A DNA stretch of 64,000 nucleotides from an uncultured Acidobacteriota bacterium (GTDB lineage Bacteria; Acidobacteriota; UBA6911), in NCBI GenBank assembly GCA_963827655.1, contig CAWHCF010000019.1:1-64000 (forward strand), read 5' to 3'. Position numbers and translations under genes: made by a program. Positions 51,986-61,989 of this stretch are shown here, one piece after another. The notes beneath the pieces were generated by a model that saw only the letters and a list, made by a program, of their open reading frames with translations, was not told the origin of the DNA and did not search any database. Every line of letters starts with the position of its first letter. Within the stretch, counting starts at the first letter, position 1.

Positions 51986-53662
51986 GTGATGGCCGTCCAG
52001 GAAAACCGCTACGTACGCGTCGTCAATGCTTCCCGCTCGATTCTCGTCCTGGGCGCGACGGTCGGCCTTGGCAGTTTCGCCTACTACAAAGCGCTGGGGT
52101 TGACTACCGCCCACTACGACGCCAAAGCTCACCTGGTGGTGGCGCGCCGGATCGTCGATTCACTCGAACCGGGGTACCTGCAGATGGGCATCCACTGGCT
52201 GCCACTCATCCACCTGCTCTACTTGCCGCTGGTACGCAGCGACAGCCAGTACCATTCCGCGTTCCTGCCAAGTCTGATCTCCGTCACTGCATTTGCTCTT
52301 TCGGGTTGGCTGGTCTTTCGGATTTCCCGCCGTTCGACCGGCTCAACCGCGGCCGGCGTCTTCGCCAGCCTTCTGTTGCTGGGGAACGCCAATCTCCAGT
52401 ACCTGCAAAGCTGCCCGTTGACGGAGCCGCTTTACATGATGCTGCTTCTGCTTGCCGTGGATGCGTTGACGCAATGGCGGGACGGTGAGAAACGGTCTCC
52501 TCCCTGGATGGTCGGGCTTTGGACAGCGCTAGGCGCTCTGTGCCGCTATGAAGGATGGCTGTTCGCTGCCGGAGTGATCCTGATTCTGGCCTTCGACTTC
52601 TGGACCGGTCAAACTCGCCGTGCCCAAGCAGCGAAATCAATGGCGTCAGTCGCCGTCTGTTTTGCCCTGCCGGTCCTGGTTCACTTCGCCTACCTTTATT
52701 CCCGCGTGGGCGACAGTTTCGTCCACAGGGTTGCTCGCGGAAATCCGGCTCCGTATGAAACGTTCCACCGCCCCTTTTTGTCACTGGCCTATCACCTGGG
52801 AGAACTCGGTCAGATTGCGGCTATTCTTCCGCTGTTGCTCGGGCTTGCCGGACTCGCCTGGTCACTGCGACCAGGCGGCCGGGCGGTCCGGCTCGCGCCG
52901 CTCTATTTGCTCTGGATTCCCTCGCTGGTCAACATCGCGGCCTTTTACTGGGGAATGCTCTATCGAGTCCGCTATTCCATTTTGCTTGTGCCGGCCATTG
53001 CCATATTCGGCAGTCTCCTGCTGGTTTCTCCCGCCGCGCTCCGCAGAACCTTCACGCTCGCGTGCGTAGCTGCCATGGCGCTTCCCTGGATCTCGTGGTA
53101 TTTCCCGCGAGAATGGAAATACCACCTGGTCTCCCCGGGGCCGGGCATTTTGATTGTTCCAGCGGTGGCCTTGATCTGCCTGCTTGCGTCTCGCGCCGGG
53201 GCAGGGGAGCGCTGGCCTTTTCTGGCCCTCTGTCTTCTCGCAATGCAGGTACCGGCGCTGTCAGGAGAGGATCGGCCGATTATTTCCGAGACGCTCGAAC
53301 ATAGATTCCTCGACCAGGAGAGAGAGGCGGTCTTGAGCCATCTCCAGTCCCGGTATGACGGCACACGCATCCTGATCGACATGGAGAAATCAGCGCCTCT
53401 GGTCTACGATTCGCGTCTTCCAGTGAAGGAATTCATCTACAGCGAAGGCGGCGGCTCCTATTGGCGGCAGGCCCTTGATTCGCCTTCGCGCATAGCCGGC
53501 TGGGTATGCGCTCAGAAAGGGGATGTGGTGTGGCATCGCCTCCAGGTTGACCCTCGGTGGGTCGACGGGTATTCTCTTGCAGTGAAAACGGAAACCTTTC
53601 TTTTATACCGGTTGCGAGCGGAAGCCCGGGAGACGTTGCTTCCGCCCAGGCGATCAGAGTGA
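51986..53662 (+). CDS. GT-C fold (ArnT/PMT-like) membrane glycosyltransferase
   Basis: Multi-TM, YDAKAH, WLPL, PLTEPL, RYEGW. Confidence 0.75.
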   Translation: MMAVQENRYVRVVNASRSILVLGATVGLGSFAYYKALGLTTAHYDAKAHLVVARRIVDSLEPGYLQMGIHWLPLIHLLYLPLVRSDSQYHSAFLPSLISVTAFALSGWLVFRISRRSTGSTAAGVFASLLLLGNANLQYLQSCPLTEPLYMMLLLLAVDALTQWRDGEKRSPPWMVGLWTALGALCRYEGWLFAAGVILILAFDFWTGQTRRAQAAKSMASVAVCFALPVLVHFAYLYSRVGDSFVHRVARGNPAPYETFHRPFLSLAYHLGELGQIAAILPLLLGLAGLAWSLRPGGRAVRLAPLYLLWIPSLVNIAAFYWGMLYRVRYSILLVPAIAIFGSLLLVSPAALRRTFTLACVAAMALPWISWYFPREWKYHLVSPGPGILIVPAVALICLLASRAGAGERWPFLALCLLAMQVPALSGEDRPIISETLEHRFLDQEREAVLSHLQSRYDGTRILIDMEKSAPLVYDSRLPVKEFIYSEGGGSYWRQALDSPSRIAGWVCAQKGDVVWHRLQVDPRWVDGYSLAVKTETFLLYRLRAEARETLLPPRRSE

Positions 53663-54402
53663 AATCCGAAAAGTCGGGCTCGAGTGCTCAACGGAAGTTC
53701 GATTTCTCTCCTCCTCATCCCCGTCCGTTTCTGACCAACCTGCCCGCTCGCATCGACAGCTACGAGGAGGGAATCGCGCAGCTTTTCCAGTGGAGAACCG
53801 GCCTCGACTACTACGCCTCGATCGATCAGATTGTAAATTTCGTAATCAACACCCGGCGGCTGAAGGTAGTAGACCTGTTGACTGATACCGGTACGTTCGC
53901 GCTGAAGTTAATCGGGCAGAGGACATTTGTCGGCCGCGTCTATTCATTCGACCCTAATATCACCCTTCTCGAACGGGCGAAGCAGAGGGCGCGGTACTTG
54001 AGGATTGAACAGGCCATTGATTTCAGGCACTCTGAACCGACCCGGCTTCCTATTCCTGATGGATTTGCTGAAGTCGCGGTCTCAATCTTTGACTTCCATC
54101 GGCATGCGGCCGAGCAATTCCTGGCCGAGGCTGCGCGCATCATCGCGCCGGAAGGCCACCTGATTCTGGCTGAAGTATTGGAACCAAACTCCACCGTGAA
54201 CCGGTGGATCTGGGGTTGGAAGAAGCTGCACCTGAAGTACATCCAGAAGAATCCTGCCGAGGCGTTGGGCTTGTATTACGATCGCGAAGAAATCATCCGG
54301 CTCCTCTTTGCCGCAGGATTCCGGCAGGTCATCATCCAGGGGCTGGCAAGTCCCCGGTCGCCTCACAGGGGTGTCTTCAGCCTGGTTGCCGCTACAAAGT
54401 AA
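53659..54402 (+). CDS. Class I SAM-dependent methyltransferase-like protein
   Basis: VVDLLTDTG (degenerate motif I), LPIPDG, RIIAPEG. Confidence 0.7.
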   Translation: MKSEKSGSSAQRKFDFSPPHPRPFLTNLPARIDSYEEGIAQLFQWRTGLDYYASIDQIVNFVINTRRLKVVDLLTDTGTFALKLIGQRTFVGRVYSFDPNITLLERAKQRARYLRIEQAIDFRHSEPTRLPIPDGFAEVAVSIFDFHRHAAEQFLAEAARIIAPEGHLILAEVLEPNSTVNRWIWGWKKLHLKYIQKNPAEALGLYYDREEIIRLLFAAGFRQVIIQGLASPRSPHRGVFSLVAATK

Positions 54403-54467
54403 GAGGAAATTCTCTTACACTAACCCATCCGTGAGGACTGGGCGATTCAGACTGGCGAGGCTTTGAC

Positions 54468-55415
54468 GTGGCTCAGTGGATCAATGGAAGCGAATTGGCG
54501 AAGCAGATCCAGGCAGAGGTTGCCGTGGAGGTGCGCAGACTGAAGGCGAACGGTGTCCACCCGGCTCTGGCGGTCGTCCTGGTCGGTGATAATCCTGCGT
54601 CTCAAGTCTATGTTCGCGGAAAAGCAAGAACCTGCCTGGAGCTGGGCATGCATTCCGAAAAGATAGAGCTGCCCGGTACTTCGACAACGGATGAGATCCT
54701 GGCGGTCGTGGAAGGGCTGAATCGCCGCGGCGATATTCATGGCATCCTGGTGCAGGTGCCCCTTCCGCCCCAGGTCGCAGCCAGGCGCGTTTTAGAGTCC
54801 ATTGTCCCGGAAAAGGACGTCGACGGGTTTCATCCTTTCAACGTCGGCCGCCTGGTTGCCGGAAACGCCGTGTTGAAACCATGCACGCCCTCAGGGATCA
54901 TGGAAATATTCAAGCGTTGCCAGATTCTTCTCCGCGGCCGGCGAGCGGTGGTGATCGGCCGCAGCGATATTGTGGGAAAGCCCCTCTCGTTGATGCTCCT
55001 TCATGAAGACGCGACCGTCACCGTGTGCCACTCCAAGACCCAAGATCTGGCCGGCGTCGCGCGCGAAGCGGATATTCTGGTTGCGGCCATGGGAAGACCC
55101 GCCTTTGTAGATGACCAATACGTCAAGCCCGGAGCCGTTGTGATCGACGTCGGAGTCAATCGAGTCGAATCGCCGGCCGCCATCCGTGAAATCTTCGGAG
55201 AGGATCCTCAAAAACTCGCGGCTCACACCAAACGAGGCTACGCCCTCGTCGGCGATGTTCATCCTGCAAAGGTTTTCCCCAAGGCATCCTATCTTACTCC
55301 GGTTCCTGGAGGCGTCGGACCTCTGACTGTTTCAATGCTGATGGGTAACACGGTTCGGGCGGCCGCCTCATTGACGAACGTGCCGGTTTTCTCCGGACCA
55401 GGAGAATCAAAATGA
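54468..55415 (+). CDS. folD: Methylenetetrahydrofolate dehydrogenase/cyclohydrolase
   Basis: YVRGK, KDVDGFHP, PCTP, GRSDIVGKP, TPVPGGVGP. Confidence 0.97.
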   Translation: MAQWINGSELAKQIQAEVAVEVRRLKANGVHPALAVVLVGDNPASQVYVRGKARTCLELGMHSEKIELPGTSTTDEILAVVEGLNRRGDIHGILVQVPLPPQVAARRVLESIVPEKDVDGFHPFNVGRLVAGNAVLKPCTPSGIMEIFKRCQILLRGRRAVVIGRSDIVGKPLSLMLLHEDATVTVCHSKTQDLAGVAREADILVAAMGRPAFVDDQYVKPGAVVIDVGVNRVESPAAIREIFGEDPQKLAAHTKRGYALVGDVHPAKVFPKASYLTPVPGGVGPLTVSMLMGNTVRAAASLTNVPVFSGPGESK

Positions 55416-56386
55416 GAATACGAACACTCTCCGCCATTGCAGTTTGTCTCTTGCTCAGCCTCACGGCCTGGGGGAAGACTTCCCGCATCAAAAACGTCGG
55501 CGAGTACCCCAATTTCCTTGCTCTCAGCCCGGACGGCAGGATTGCCTATGTGACCTCGTTTGGAACCAGCGAGGTGCTTGCGGTCGATCTCGCCCAGAAG
55601 GCGGTGACGAAAAGCGCAGTCGTCGGAACGTCTCCCCTGGGCATCTCAGTGACGAGTGACGGAAAACTGGCAGTTATCGCATGCAAGGATTCCGGTACCG
55701 TGTCTTTCCTGAACCTGGACACTTTTCGTGTGGAGGCCGACATAAACACGAGTGGCGCGCCGAACGCCGTCGCCATCGACCCGAAGGGTTACCGCGCCTT
55801 CGTAACTAATTTCGGTAGAAGCAAGGAAGGCAATCTGCACATCGTGGACATTCGACAACGAAGCGTGGAGGCCAACGTGACGATGGGAATGGCGCCGATC
55901 GCCGTTGCGGTTTCGCCGGTCACTGATTTGGTCTATGTCGTCAATGGCGGGTCCAACGAAGTCTGGGTGGTGAATCCGGAGAAGAAAGCGGTAACCACCA
56001 AGATCACGGTTGGCGAGGCCCCTGATGGAATCGCCATTACGCCCGACGGTAATCGCATCTTCGTCAGCAACAGCCGCTCGAACGATGTTTCCGTGATCGA
56101 TACTCAACTGGGAAAGGTAGTCGTCACAATACCGGTGGGCAAGAGACCCTTCGGAATAACCGTGAGTCCGGATGGCAAGCGCGTCTTCGTGGTTAACACA
56201 GAGTCTCGCACGGTCTCGATCCTTCCGGCGGATCTTACCAGCCTCCAGGCGCAGTCCTTCAATGTGGAAAAGGGACCGGTCGATATCGAGGTAGCGCCCG
56301 ACAATCGGACGGTGCTGGTTGTGAACGAACAATCCCATTCGCTCACCGTTGCCGACATGCCTCAAACAGCAGGCGGTAAGCAGTAA
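55412..56386 (+). CDS. YncE/YVTN beta-propeller repeat secreted protein
   Basis: Signal peptide and repeated VG..P..IA.SPDG..V.V.N units. Confidence 0.9.
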   Translation: MRIRTLSAIAVCLLLSLTAWGKTSRIKNVGEYPNFLALSPDGRIAYVTSFGTSEVLAVDLAQKAVTKSAVVGTSPLGISVTSDGKLAVIACKDSGTVSFLNLDTFRVEADINTSGAPNAVAIDPKGYRAFVTNFGRSKEGNLHIVDIRQRSVEANVTMGMAPIAVAVSPVTDLVYVVNGGSNEVWVVNPEKKAVTTKITVGEAPDGIAITPDGNRIFVSNSRSNDVSVIDTQLGKVVVTIPVGKRPFGITVSPDGKRVFVVNTESRTVSILPADLTSLQAQSFNVEKGPVDIEVAPDNRTVLVVNEQSHSLTVADMPQTAGGKQ

Positions 56387-56406
56387 GCAGAATCAACTGC
56401 TTACTG
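56367..56406. repeat. Inverted heptamer element (GCRGTAA)n...(TTACTG)
   Basis: cagcaggcggtaagcagtaagcag ... ctgcttactg; the arms hold the stop codons of both convergent genes. Confidence 0.8.
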
Positions 56407-57348
56407 TTCTTGAACAAACCAGTCGACGAATCTACGGATTCCCGTTCTGAATCCGGTCGTTGGCTGATACCCGAGGATACGGGTGGCGCGGCTGACGTCC
56501 GCAAAAGTTATCGACATGTCACCCGGCTGCGGAGGTAAGAATTTCAGCCGGGCTTTCTTCTGCAGGGCATTCTCGAGTTCGGAAACAACTTCGAGCAGCG
56601 TGACCGTCTGCGATTCTCCCAGATTGAGGATCTCGAAAGCAGGATTGAGCCGGAGGGCGGCCACGATTCCGGAAACAATGTCATCGACATACGTATAGTC
56701 CCTGCGCGTGCCGCCGTCGCCAAAAACGGGGACCTCTTTGTCCTCCCAGATCAATCGAGCGAACTTATGAATTGCCATTTCGGGCCGCTGGCGCGGCCCA
56801 TAGACGGTGAAAAAGCGAAGACAGGTGAACCTCATGGCATAGTTGTGCGCGTACGTGCGGCAGAGCAGCTCTCCGGCCCGCTTGGTCGCAGCATAGGGAG
56901 ATACTGGCGTGTCCACGGGATCGTCTTCAGTGAACGGAACTCGTGAGCTCGACCCGTAGACCGAGGACGAGGAGCCGAAGATGAAGTTCTGAACTTCGAA
57001 TTCCCGGGCAAGCTCCAGGATGTTTACGGTGCCGGTTACATTCACATCAGTGTAGATTCTTGGGTTTTCGAGCGAAGGCCGAACTCCGGCCCAGGCCGCA
57101 AGGTGAACAATGGCCTCGGGCCGGCTCTCTTTGACCGCGGCGCGCAGGTTATTCCAATCCAGAAGATCGACTTCATGCACCGCCGCCGGGCCTGATCTCT
57201 GAAGGTCGCGCACGTTGCGGCGTTTCAGATCGGGGTTGTAAAAGTGGTTGAAGTTATCGAGCAGGGCGATTTCATGCTTGAGCTTCTGGAGTCTTGACGC
57301 CAGGTGATACCCTATGAACCCGGCCCCGCCGGTAATTAACACCCGCAT
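56401..57348 (-). CDS. NAD-dependent epimerase (UDP-glucuronate 4-epimerase-like)
   Basis: TGGAGFIG, HLAAWAGVRPS, SSSSVYG, YAATK, RFFTVYGP. Confidence 0.92.
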   Translation of the reverse strand: MRVLITGGAGFIGYHLASRLQKLKHEIALLDNFNHFYNPDLKRRNVRDLQRSGPAAVHEVDLLDWNNLRAAVKESRPEAIVHLAAWAGVRPSLENPRIYTDVNVTGTVNILELAREFEVQNFIFGSSSSVYGSSSRVPFTEDDPVDTPVSPYAATKRAGELLCRTYAHNYAMRFTCLRFFTVYGPRQRPEMAIHKFARLIWEDKEVPVFGDGGTRRDYTYVDDIVSGIVAALRLNPAFEILNLGESQTVTLLEVVSELENALQKKARLKFLPPQPGDMSITFADVSRATRILGYQPTTGFRTGIRRFVDWFVQEQ

Positions 57349-57488
57349 TAGAATGTATCCTCTCTGTATGTGAAGAAACCGCTCGCCGCGTTAAACCCAA
57401 GGGAAAAACCGGAAGTTTCATCGGCTGCGCCAAAGTTCAGAGCCTCTGAATCCTCCTGGCGAAAAACAGGTATGTTATCATCCGGCGC

Positions 57489-58118
57489 ATGCTGCGCGTC
57501 GGATTAACCGGCAATATTGCGTCCGGAAAAAGTCACGCTACGCAAGTCTTCGCCGAGCTCGGGGCCTACATAATTGATGCGGATGTGATTGCCCACGGGT
57601 TGCTGGCGCCCGGCACGAGTACCTACGACGGAGTGGTTGCGGCATTTGGAGGTCAGATCCTTAACCCGGATGCAACCATCAATCGTCGAAAGTTGGGCGA
57701 GATAGTTTTTCAGGACGAGGCGAAAAGAGCTGAACTGAATAGCCTGGTGCATCCGGAGGTACGTGCCCAGGTCGTCCGCCGCATCGGGGAACTGGAAGAC
57801 TCCGCGCAAAATGGCATCATCATCATAGACGCAGCCCTTATGGTGGAGTCGGGGTTTTTCCGCACTTTCGATCGCCTCATCGTGGTCCACTGCAGCCCCA
57901 GTTTGCAGCTATCCCGGATTGTGAACCGCGACGGCCTGACGCCCGCCCAGGCTCGCGCGCGCATGGCTGCGCAGATGCCCGTGGAGGAGAAGATCAAACA
58001 TGCCCACTACACCATAGAGACCTCCGGTACGTTTCGACAGACTCGCGAGCAAATCGAGTCCATCTACCGGGACCTGCTATTGCTGAACCTGAAGACAAGG
58101 AAACCGGGTGATCCGTAG
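57489..58118 (+). CDS. coaE: Dephospho-CoA kinase
   Basis: GLTGNIASGKS, DAD, LVHP, QMP. Confidence 0.95.
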   Translation: MLRVGLTGNIASGKSHATQVFAELGAYIIDADVIAHGLLAPGTSTYDGVVAAFGGQILNPDATINRRKLGEIVFQDEAKRAELNSLVHPEVRAQVVRRIGELEDSAQNGIIIIDAALMVESGFFRTFDRLIVVHCSPSLQLSRIVNRDGLTPAQARARMAAQMPVEEKIKHAHYTIETSGTFRQTREQIESIYRDLLLLNLKTRKPGDP

Positions 58119-58140
58119 GGGCAAAAATCTCCTTGCGATG

Positions 58141-58166
58141 CCTTAGCGTCTTCGAGTCTTGGCGGT
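58141..58166. repeat. Nonamer-type repeat arm
   Basis: ccttagcgtcttcgagtcttggcggt. Confidence 0.6.
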
Positions 58167-58279
58167 AAACGTACGCCATTGGTTGACATTCTGCGAAGCG
58201 GTATGTTACTAGAAAGCTTTCCTAAGCCTACGGTTCAGGGTTTAGATCACCTCACCAGTTTTGCAGCAAACTATAAACT

Positions 58280-60337
58280 ATGCTGACCTATGTTTGGTTA
58301 ATTCCTATCCTCCCGCTGGCAGGAGCGGCCCTCGGCGGTTTGCTAGGGCTGATCCATCTCCGAAGAACAGGACAGCGACTGGCCAAGCCGATCGTCTCTG
58401 CCATCGCTTTAGCCTCCGTCGGCCTGGCCTTCCTCCTGTCGGCGATTGTCGTCTTCCAGCTTTTCTGGGTAGAGCATAAAGAGATCTACATCACGGATCT
58501 TTTCACCTGGCTTGATGCCGGCTCGGTTCGCCTGGCCGATGGCAGTCTCGCTTCGTTCGAGATCCCCTGGGGATTCCAGCTGGATCCTCTCTCCGCCGTC
58601 ATGATTCTGGTGGTGACCGGAGTCGGGTTTCTGATCCACGTTTACTCGACGGGATACATGGCGGACGATCCCGGATACTACCGCTTCTTTGCCTACCTCA
58701 ATCTCTTCATGTTCGCCATGCTGACGCTGGTTCTGGCGAACAACTTCGTTTTAATGTTTGTCGGGTGGGAAGGGGTCGGACTCTGTTCTTATCTCTTGAT
58801 AGGGTTTTATCTGGACCGAAAGAGCGCAGGCGACGCCGGCAAAAAGGCCTTCGTCGTGAACAGGATCGGTGACGCCGGATTTATCCTCGGCATGATCCTT
58901 ATCTTCGTCCACTTCGGGTCACTGAGCTATGAAGAAGTCTTCAACAAAGCGGCCGCTTTGCCGGTAGAGGGGGAGCCCGGCTTCATCTTCTGGGCGACGG
59001 TCTGTCTCTTTATCGGCGCCGCGGGGAAGAGCGCCCAGATTCCGTTGTACGTCTGGCTTCCCGATGCAATGGAGGGCCCCACCCCTGTCAGCGCGTTGAT
59101 TCACGCCGCCACCATGGTGACGGCGGGAGTGTACATGGTATGCCGCTGCAACGCCCTCTTCAGCCGCTCGCCCGACGCAATGCTGATCGTGGCGACCGTG
59201 GGAGCGGCTACCGCCCTGTTTGCCGCCACGATCGGGTTCGCTCAGACCGACATCAAACGGGTCCTGGCCTACTCAACCGTGAGCCAGCTGGGTTACATGA
59301 TGGCCGCCCTGGGAGCGGGAGCCTTCATCGCCGGCGTTTTCCACCTGATGACCCACGCATTCTTCAAGGCGCTCCTCTTCCTCGGATCGGGCTCGGTAAT
59401 CCTGGCCATGCACCATGAACAGGACATGACCAGAATGGGGGGACTTCGCAAGTACCTCCCGTGGACATATCGCACCATGCTTGTCGGCACTCTGGCCATT
59501 GCTGGAGTTCCAGGGCTGGCCGGTTTTTTCAGCAAGGACGAGATCCTCTGGAAAGTCTGGAGCAACGGCCATCCTGTTATCTGGTTTGTACTCTGGCTGG
59601 GAGCCGGCATGACGGCGTTCTACATGTTTCGCCTCATCTTCCTGACCTTCTGGGGCCAGGAAAGGATGAGCGAACACACCAAGCATCATATACACGAGTC
59701 ACCCAACAGTATCGTTCTGCCTTTGATCATTCTGGCCGTCCTCTCGATTGTCGGGGGATGGATCGGACTGCCTGCGTGGTTGGGAACAAACTATTTCGAC
59801 CGATTCCTGGAACCTGTGCTCCGGATACCCGAAGGAGCTTTGCACCACGAGGCGGCGCATTCCGTCGCTCAGGAGGTGCTGTTCACCGCCCTGTCGGTCG
59901 GGATTGCCGGCTTAGGAATCTTCCTCGCGTACCGCTTTTATGTCGTCGATCCGGAAGCCCCGTCGCGGATAACCGCGCGCATCAGGGGACTCTACAATCT
60001 TGTGTATCGGAAGTATTACGTGGATGAAATCTATGACGCCCTCTTTGTGAATCGCACCAAGGATCTGGCAAACGTTTGCGCCTTCGTGGACTCCACGTTT
60101 GTGGACGGCGCCGTGAATGCCACAGCCGCGCTGACGCGCCTGACTGCGACGTTGTCGAGGATTTTCGACACCTATGTGGTCGACGGTCTGGTCAACTTGA
60201 TCGGCTGGATCAACATGGTTTTGAATCGAGTTTTAACCTCTCTTCAGACCGGGCTCATCCAGCGCTACGCACTGGGAGCGGTCTTTGGGATTGTTTTCTT
60301 TATTCTGATTTACTTCCGCTTTCTGGTTGTGTCTTGA
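58280..60337 (+). CDS. nuoL: NADH-quinone oxidoreductase subunit L with extended lateral helix
   Basis: GWEGVGLCSYLLIGF, NRIGD, KSAQIPLYVWLPDAMEGPTPVSALIHAATMV, HAFFKALLFL. Confidence 0.96.
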   Translation: MLTYVWLIPILPLAGAALGGLLGLIHLRRTGQRLAKPIVSAIALASVGLAFLLSAIVVFQLFWVEHKEIYITDLFTWLDAGSVRLADGSLASFEIPWGFQLDPLSAVMILVVTGVGFLIHVYSTGYMADDPGYYRFFAYLNLFMFAMLTLVLANNFVLMFVGWEGVGLCSYLLIGFYLDRKSAGDAGKKAFVVNRIGDAGFILGMILIFVHFGSLSYEEVFNKAAALPVEGEPGFIFWATVCLFIGAAGKSAQIPLYVWLPDAMEGPTPVSALIHAATMVTAGVYMVCRCNALFSRSPDAMLIVATVGAATALFAATIGFAQTDIKRVLAYSTVSQLGYMMAALGAGAFIAGVFHLMTHAFFKALLFLGSGSVILAMHHEQDMTRMGGLRKYLPWTYRTMLVGTLAIAGVPGLAGFFSKDEILWKVWSNGHPVIWFVLWLGAGMTAFYMFRLIFLTFWGQERMSEHTKHHIHESPNSIVLPLIILAVLSIVGGWIGLPAWLGTNYFDRFLEPVLRIPEGALHHEAAHSVAQEVLFTALSVGIAGLGIFLAYRFYVVDPEAPSRITARIRGLYNLVYRKYYVDEIYDALFVNRTKDLANVCAFVDSTFVDGAVNATAALTRLTATLSRIFDTYVVDGLVNLIGWINMVLNRVLTSLQTGLIQRYALGAVFGIVFFILIYFRFLVVS

Positions 60338-60393
60338 GACGCCGCGGCGGGACGGACCGTGGCACGCCAGATTCGAATCCGGGGAGTTAGTCT

Positions 60394-61989
60394 ATGGATT
60401 TCTTCATGGCCAACATACTGAACATCGTCTGCTACTTCCCCCTGGTGGGGATGGTGGCGATCATGTTCATAAGGCGCGAAAACGAGGCTGCGATCAAGTG
60501 GGTGGCCAACATAACGGGCTTGATCGGCTTCCTGATTTCGATTCCCCTGATTACTTCTTTCAACGATCCGCGCTACATCGATCAATCGACTAATTTTCGA
60601 TTTGTTTTCGAGCGCGAGTGGATCCAGCTGATAGGCGCGAAGTACAAATTCGGCATCGACGGGATAAGCCTTCTGCTGGTGCTGCTCACCACGCTTCTGG
60701 GCTCTATCGCCATTCTTTCCTCGTGGAATGCGATCACCGAGCGGTTGAAGGAGTACTACGCTTTCATTCTGCTGCTGCAGACCGGGATGCTGGGTGTCTT
60801 CCTGGCGCTCGACTTTCTGGTCTTTTACGTATTCTGGGAAATCATGCTGGTTCCCATGTATTTCCTGATCGGCGTCTGGGGAGGACCGAGAAAGTTATAT
60901 GCGGCCATAAAATTCTTTCTCTATACCCTGGCGGGCTCAGTGCTGATGCTGGTCGGGATGCTGGCCATTTACTTCTATCAATACAACACCACCGGAGTTT
61001 ATTCGTTTGACATTCTGGCGTTTCAAAAACTCGGGTTTCCCCAGACGATCCAGTACTGGGTTTTTCTGGCGTTCTTTGTCGGATTCGCGATCAAGGTTCC
61101 AATGTTTCCCTTCCATACCTGGCTGCCGGATGCCCACGTCGAGGCTCCGACTGCCGGCTCGGTGATTCTCGCCGGCGTTCTCCTGAAAATGGGGACCTAC
61201 GGCTTCGTCCGATTCAGCCTGCCCATGTTCCCCTGGGCCACGATGCACTTTCTCCAGCCGATGCTCATCCTGTCGTTAATAGGGATCATCTATGGCGCTC
61301 TCGTGGCGATGATGCAGAAGGACATGAAGTCGCTGGTGGCTTATTCGTCGGTGAGCCACCTTGGATTCGTGATGCTCGGGGTGTTTGCGGCCACTCCTGT
61401 AGCCCTCCAGGGCGGCGTCCTTCAAATGATCAACCACGGTATCTCAACCGGGGCGCTGTTCCTGATCGTGGGAGTCATATACGAGCGCCGCCATACCCGA
61501 TTGATCTCGGAATATGGCGGGTTGAGTCACATCATGCCCGTCTATGCCACGGTGTTTCTCATCATGACCCTGAGCTCCATAGGGATGCCTGGCCTGAACG
61601 GGTTCATTGGTGAATTCTTCATCCTGCAAGGAACTTTCGCGGCGCCCGGCCTGTGGATCTACGCCGCCATTGCGGTGGTGGGCATCGTTCTGGGCGCCGC
61701 CTACATGCTGTGGCTCTACCAGCGAGTGATGTTCGGGAAACTCGAGAATCCTCTCAACCAGAGCCTCCCCGACTTGAACTGGCGGGAGATGGTAACCTTC
61801 GTCCCGCTGATCATCCTGGCATTCTGGATTGGAATCTACCCGTCCTACTTCACAAAGTTCCTGGATCAGCCGGTCAATGCTATCGTGGAGCGCGTGAGGA
61901 CGGATTACTTCAAAGCAGGGCGCGCACAGAATCTTCCGCTCCTCCCTGTACAGGGCCAACAACAGCAAGCAGTAGGCGGTAGGCAGTAA
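60394..61989 (+). CDS. nuoM: NADH-quinone oxidoreductase subunit M
   Basis: GIDGIS, FWEIMLVPMY, FHTWLPDAHVEAPT, LLKMGTYG, AYSSVSHLG. Confidence 0.96.
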   Translation: MDFFMANILNIVCYFPLVGMVAIMFIRRENEAAIKWVANITGLIGFLISIPLITSFNDPRYIDQSTNFRFVFEREWIQLIGAKYKFGIDGISLLLVLLTTLLGSIAILSSWNAITERLKEYYAFILLLQTGMLGVFLALDFLVFYVFWEIMLVPMYFLIGVWGGPRKLYAAIKFFLYTLAGSVLMLVGMLAIYFYQYNTTGVYSFDILAFQKLGFPQTIQYWVFLAFFVGFAIKVPMFPFHTWLPDAHVEAPTAGSVILAGVLLKMGTYGFVRFSLPMFPWATMHFLQPMLILSLIGIIYGALVAMMQKDMKSLVAYSSVSHLGFVMLGVFAATPVALQGGVLQMINHGISTGALFLIVGVIYERRHTRLISEYGGLSHIMPVYATVFLIMTLSSIGMPGLNGFIGEFFILQGTFAAPGLWIYAAIAVVGIVLGAAYMLWLYQRVMFGKLENPLNQSLPDLNWREMVTFVPLIILAFWIGIYPSYFTKFLDQPVNAIVERVRTDYFKAGRAQNLPLLPVQGQQQQAVGGRQ

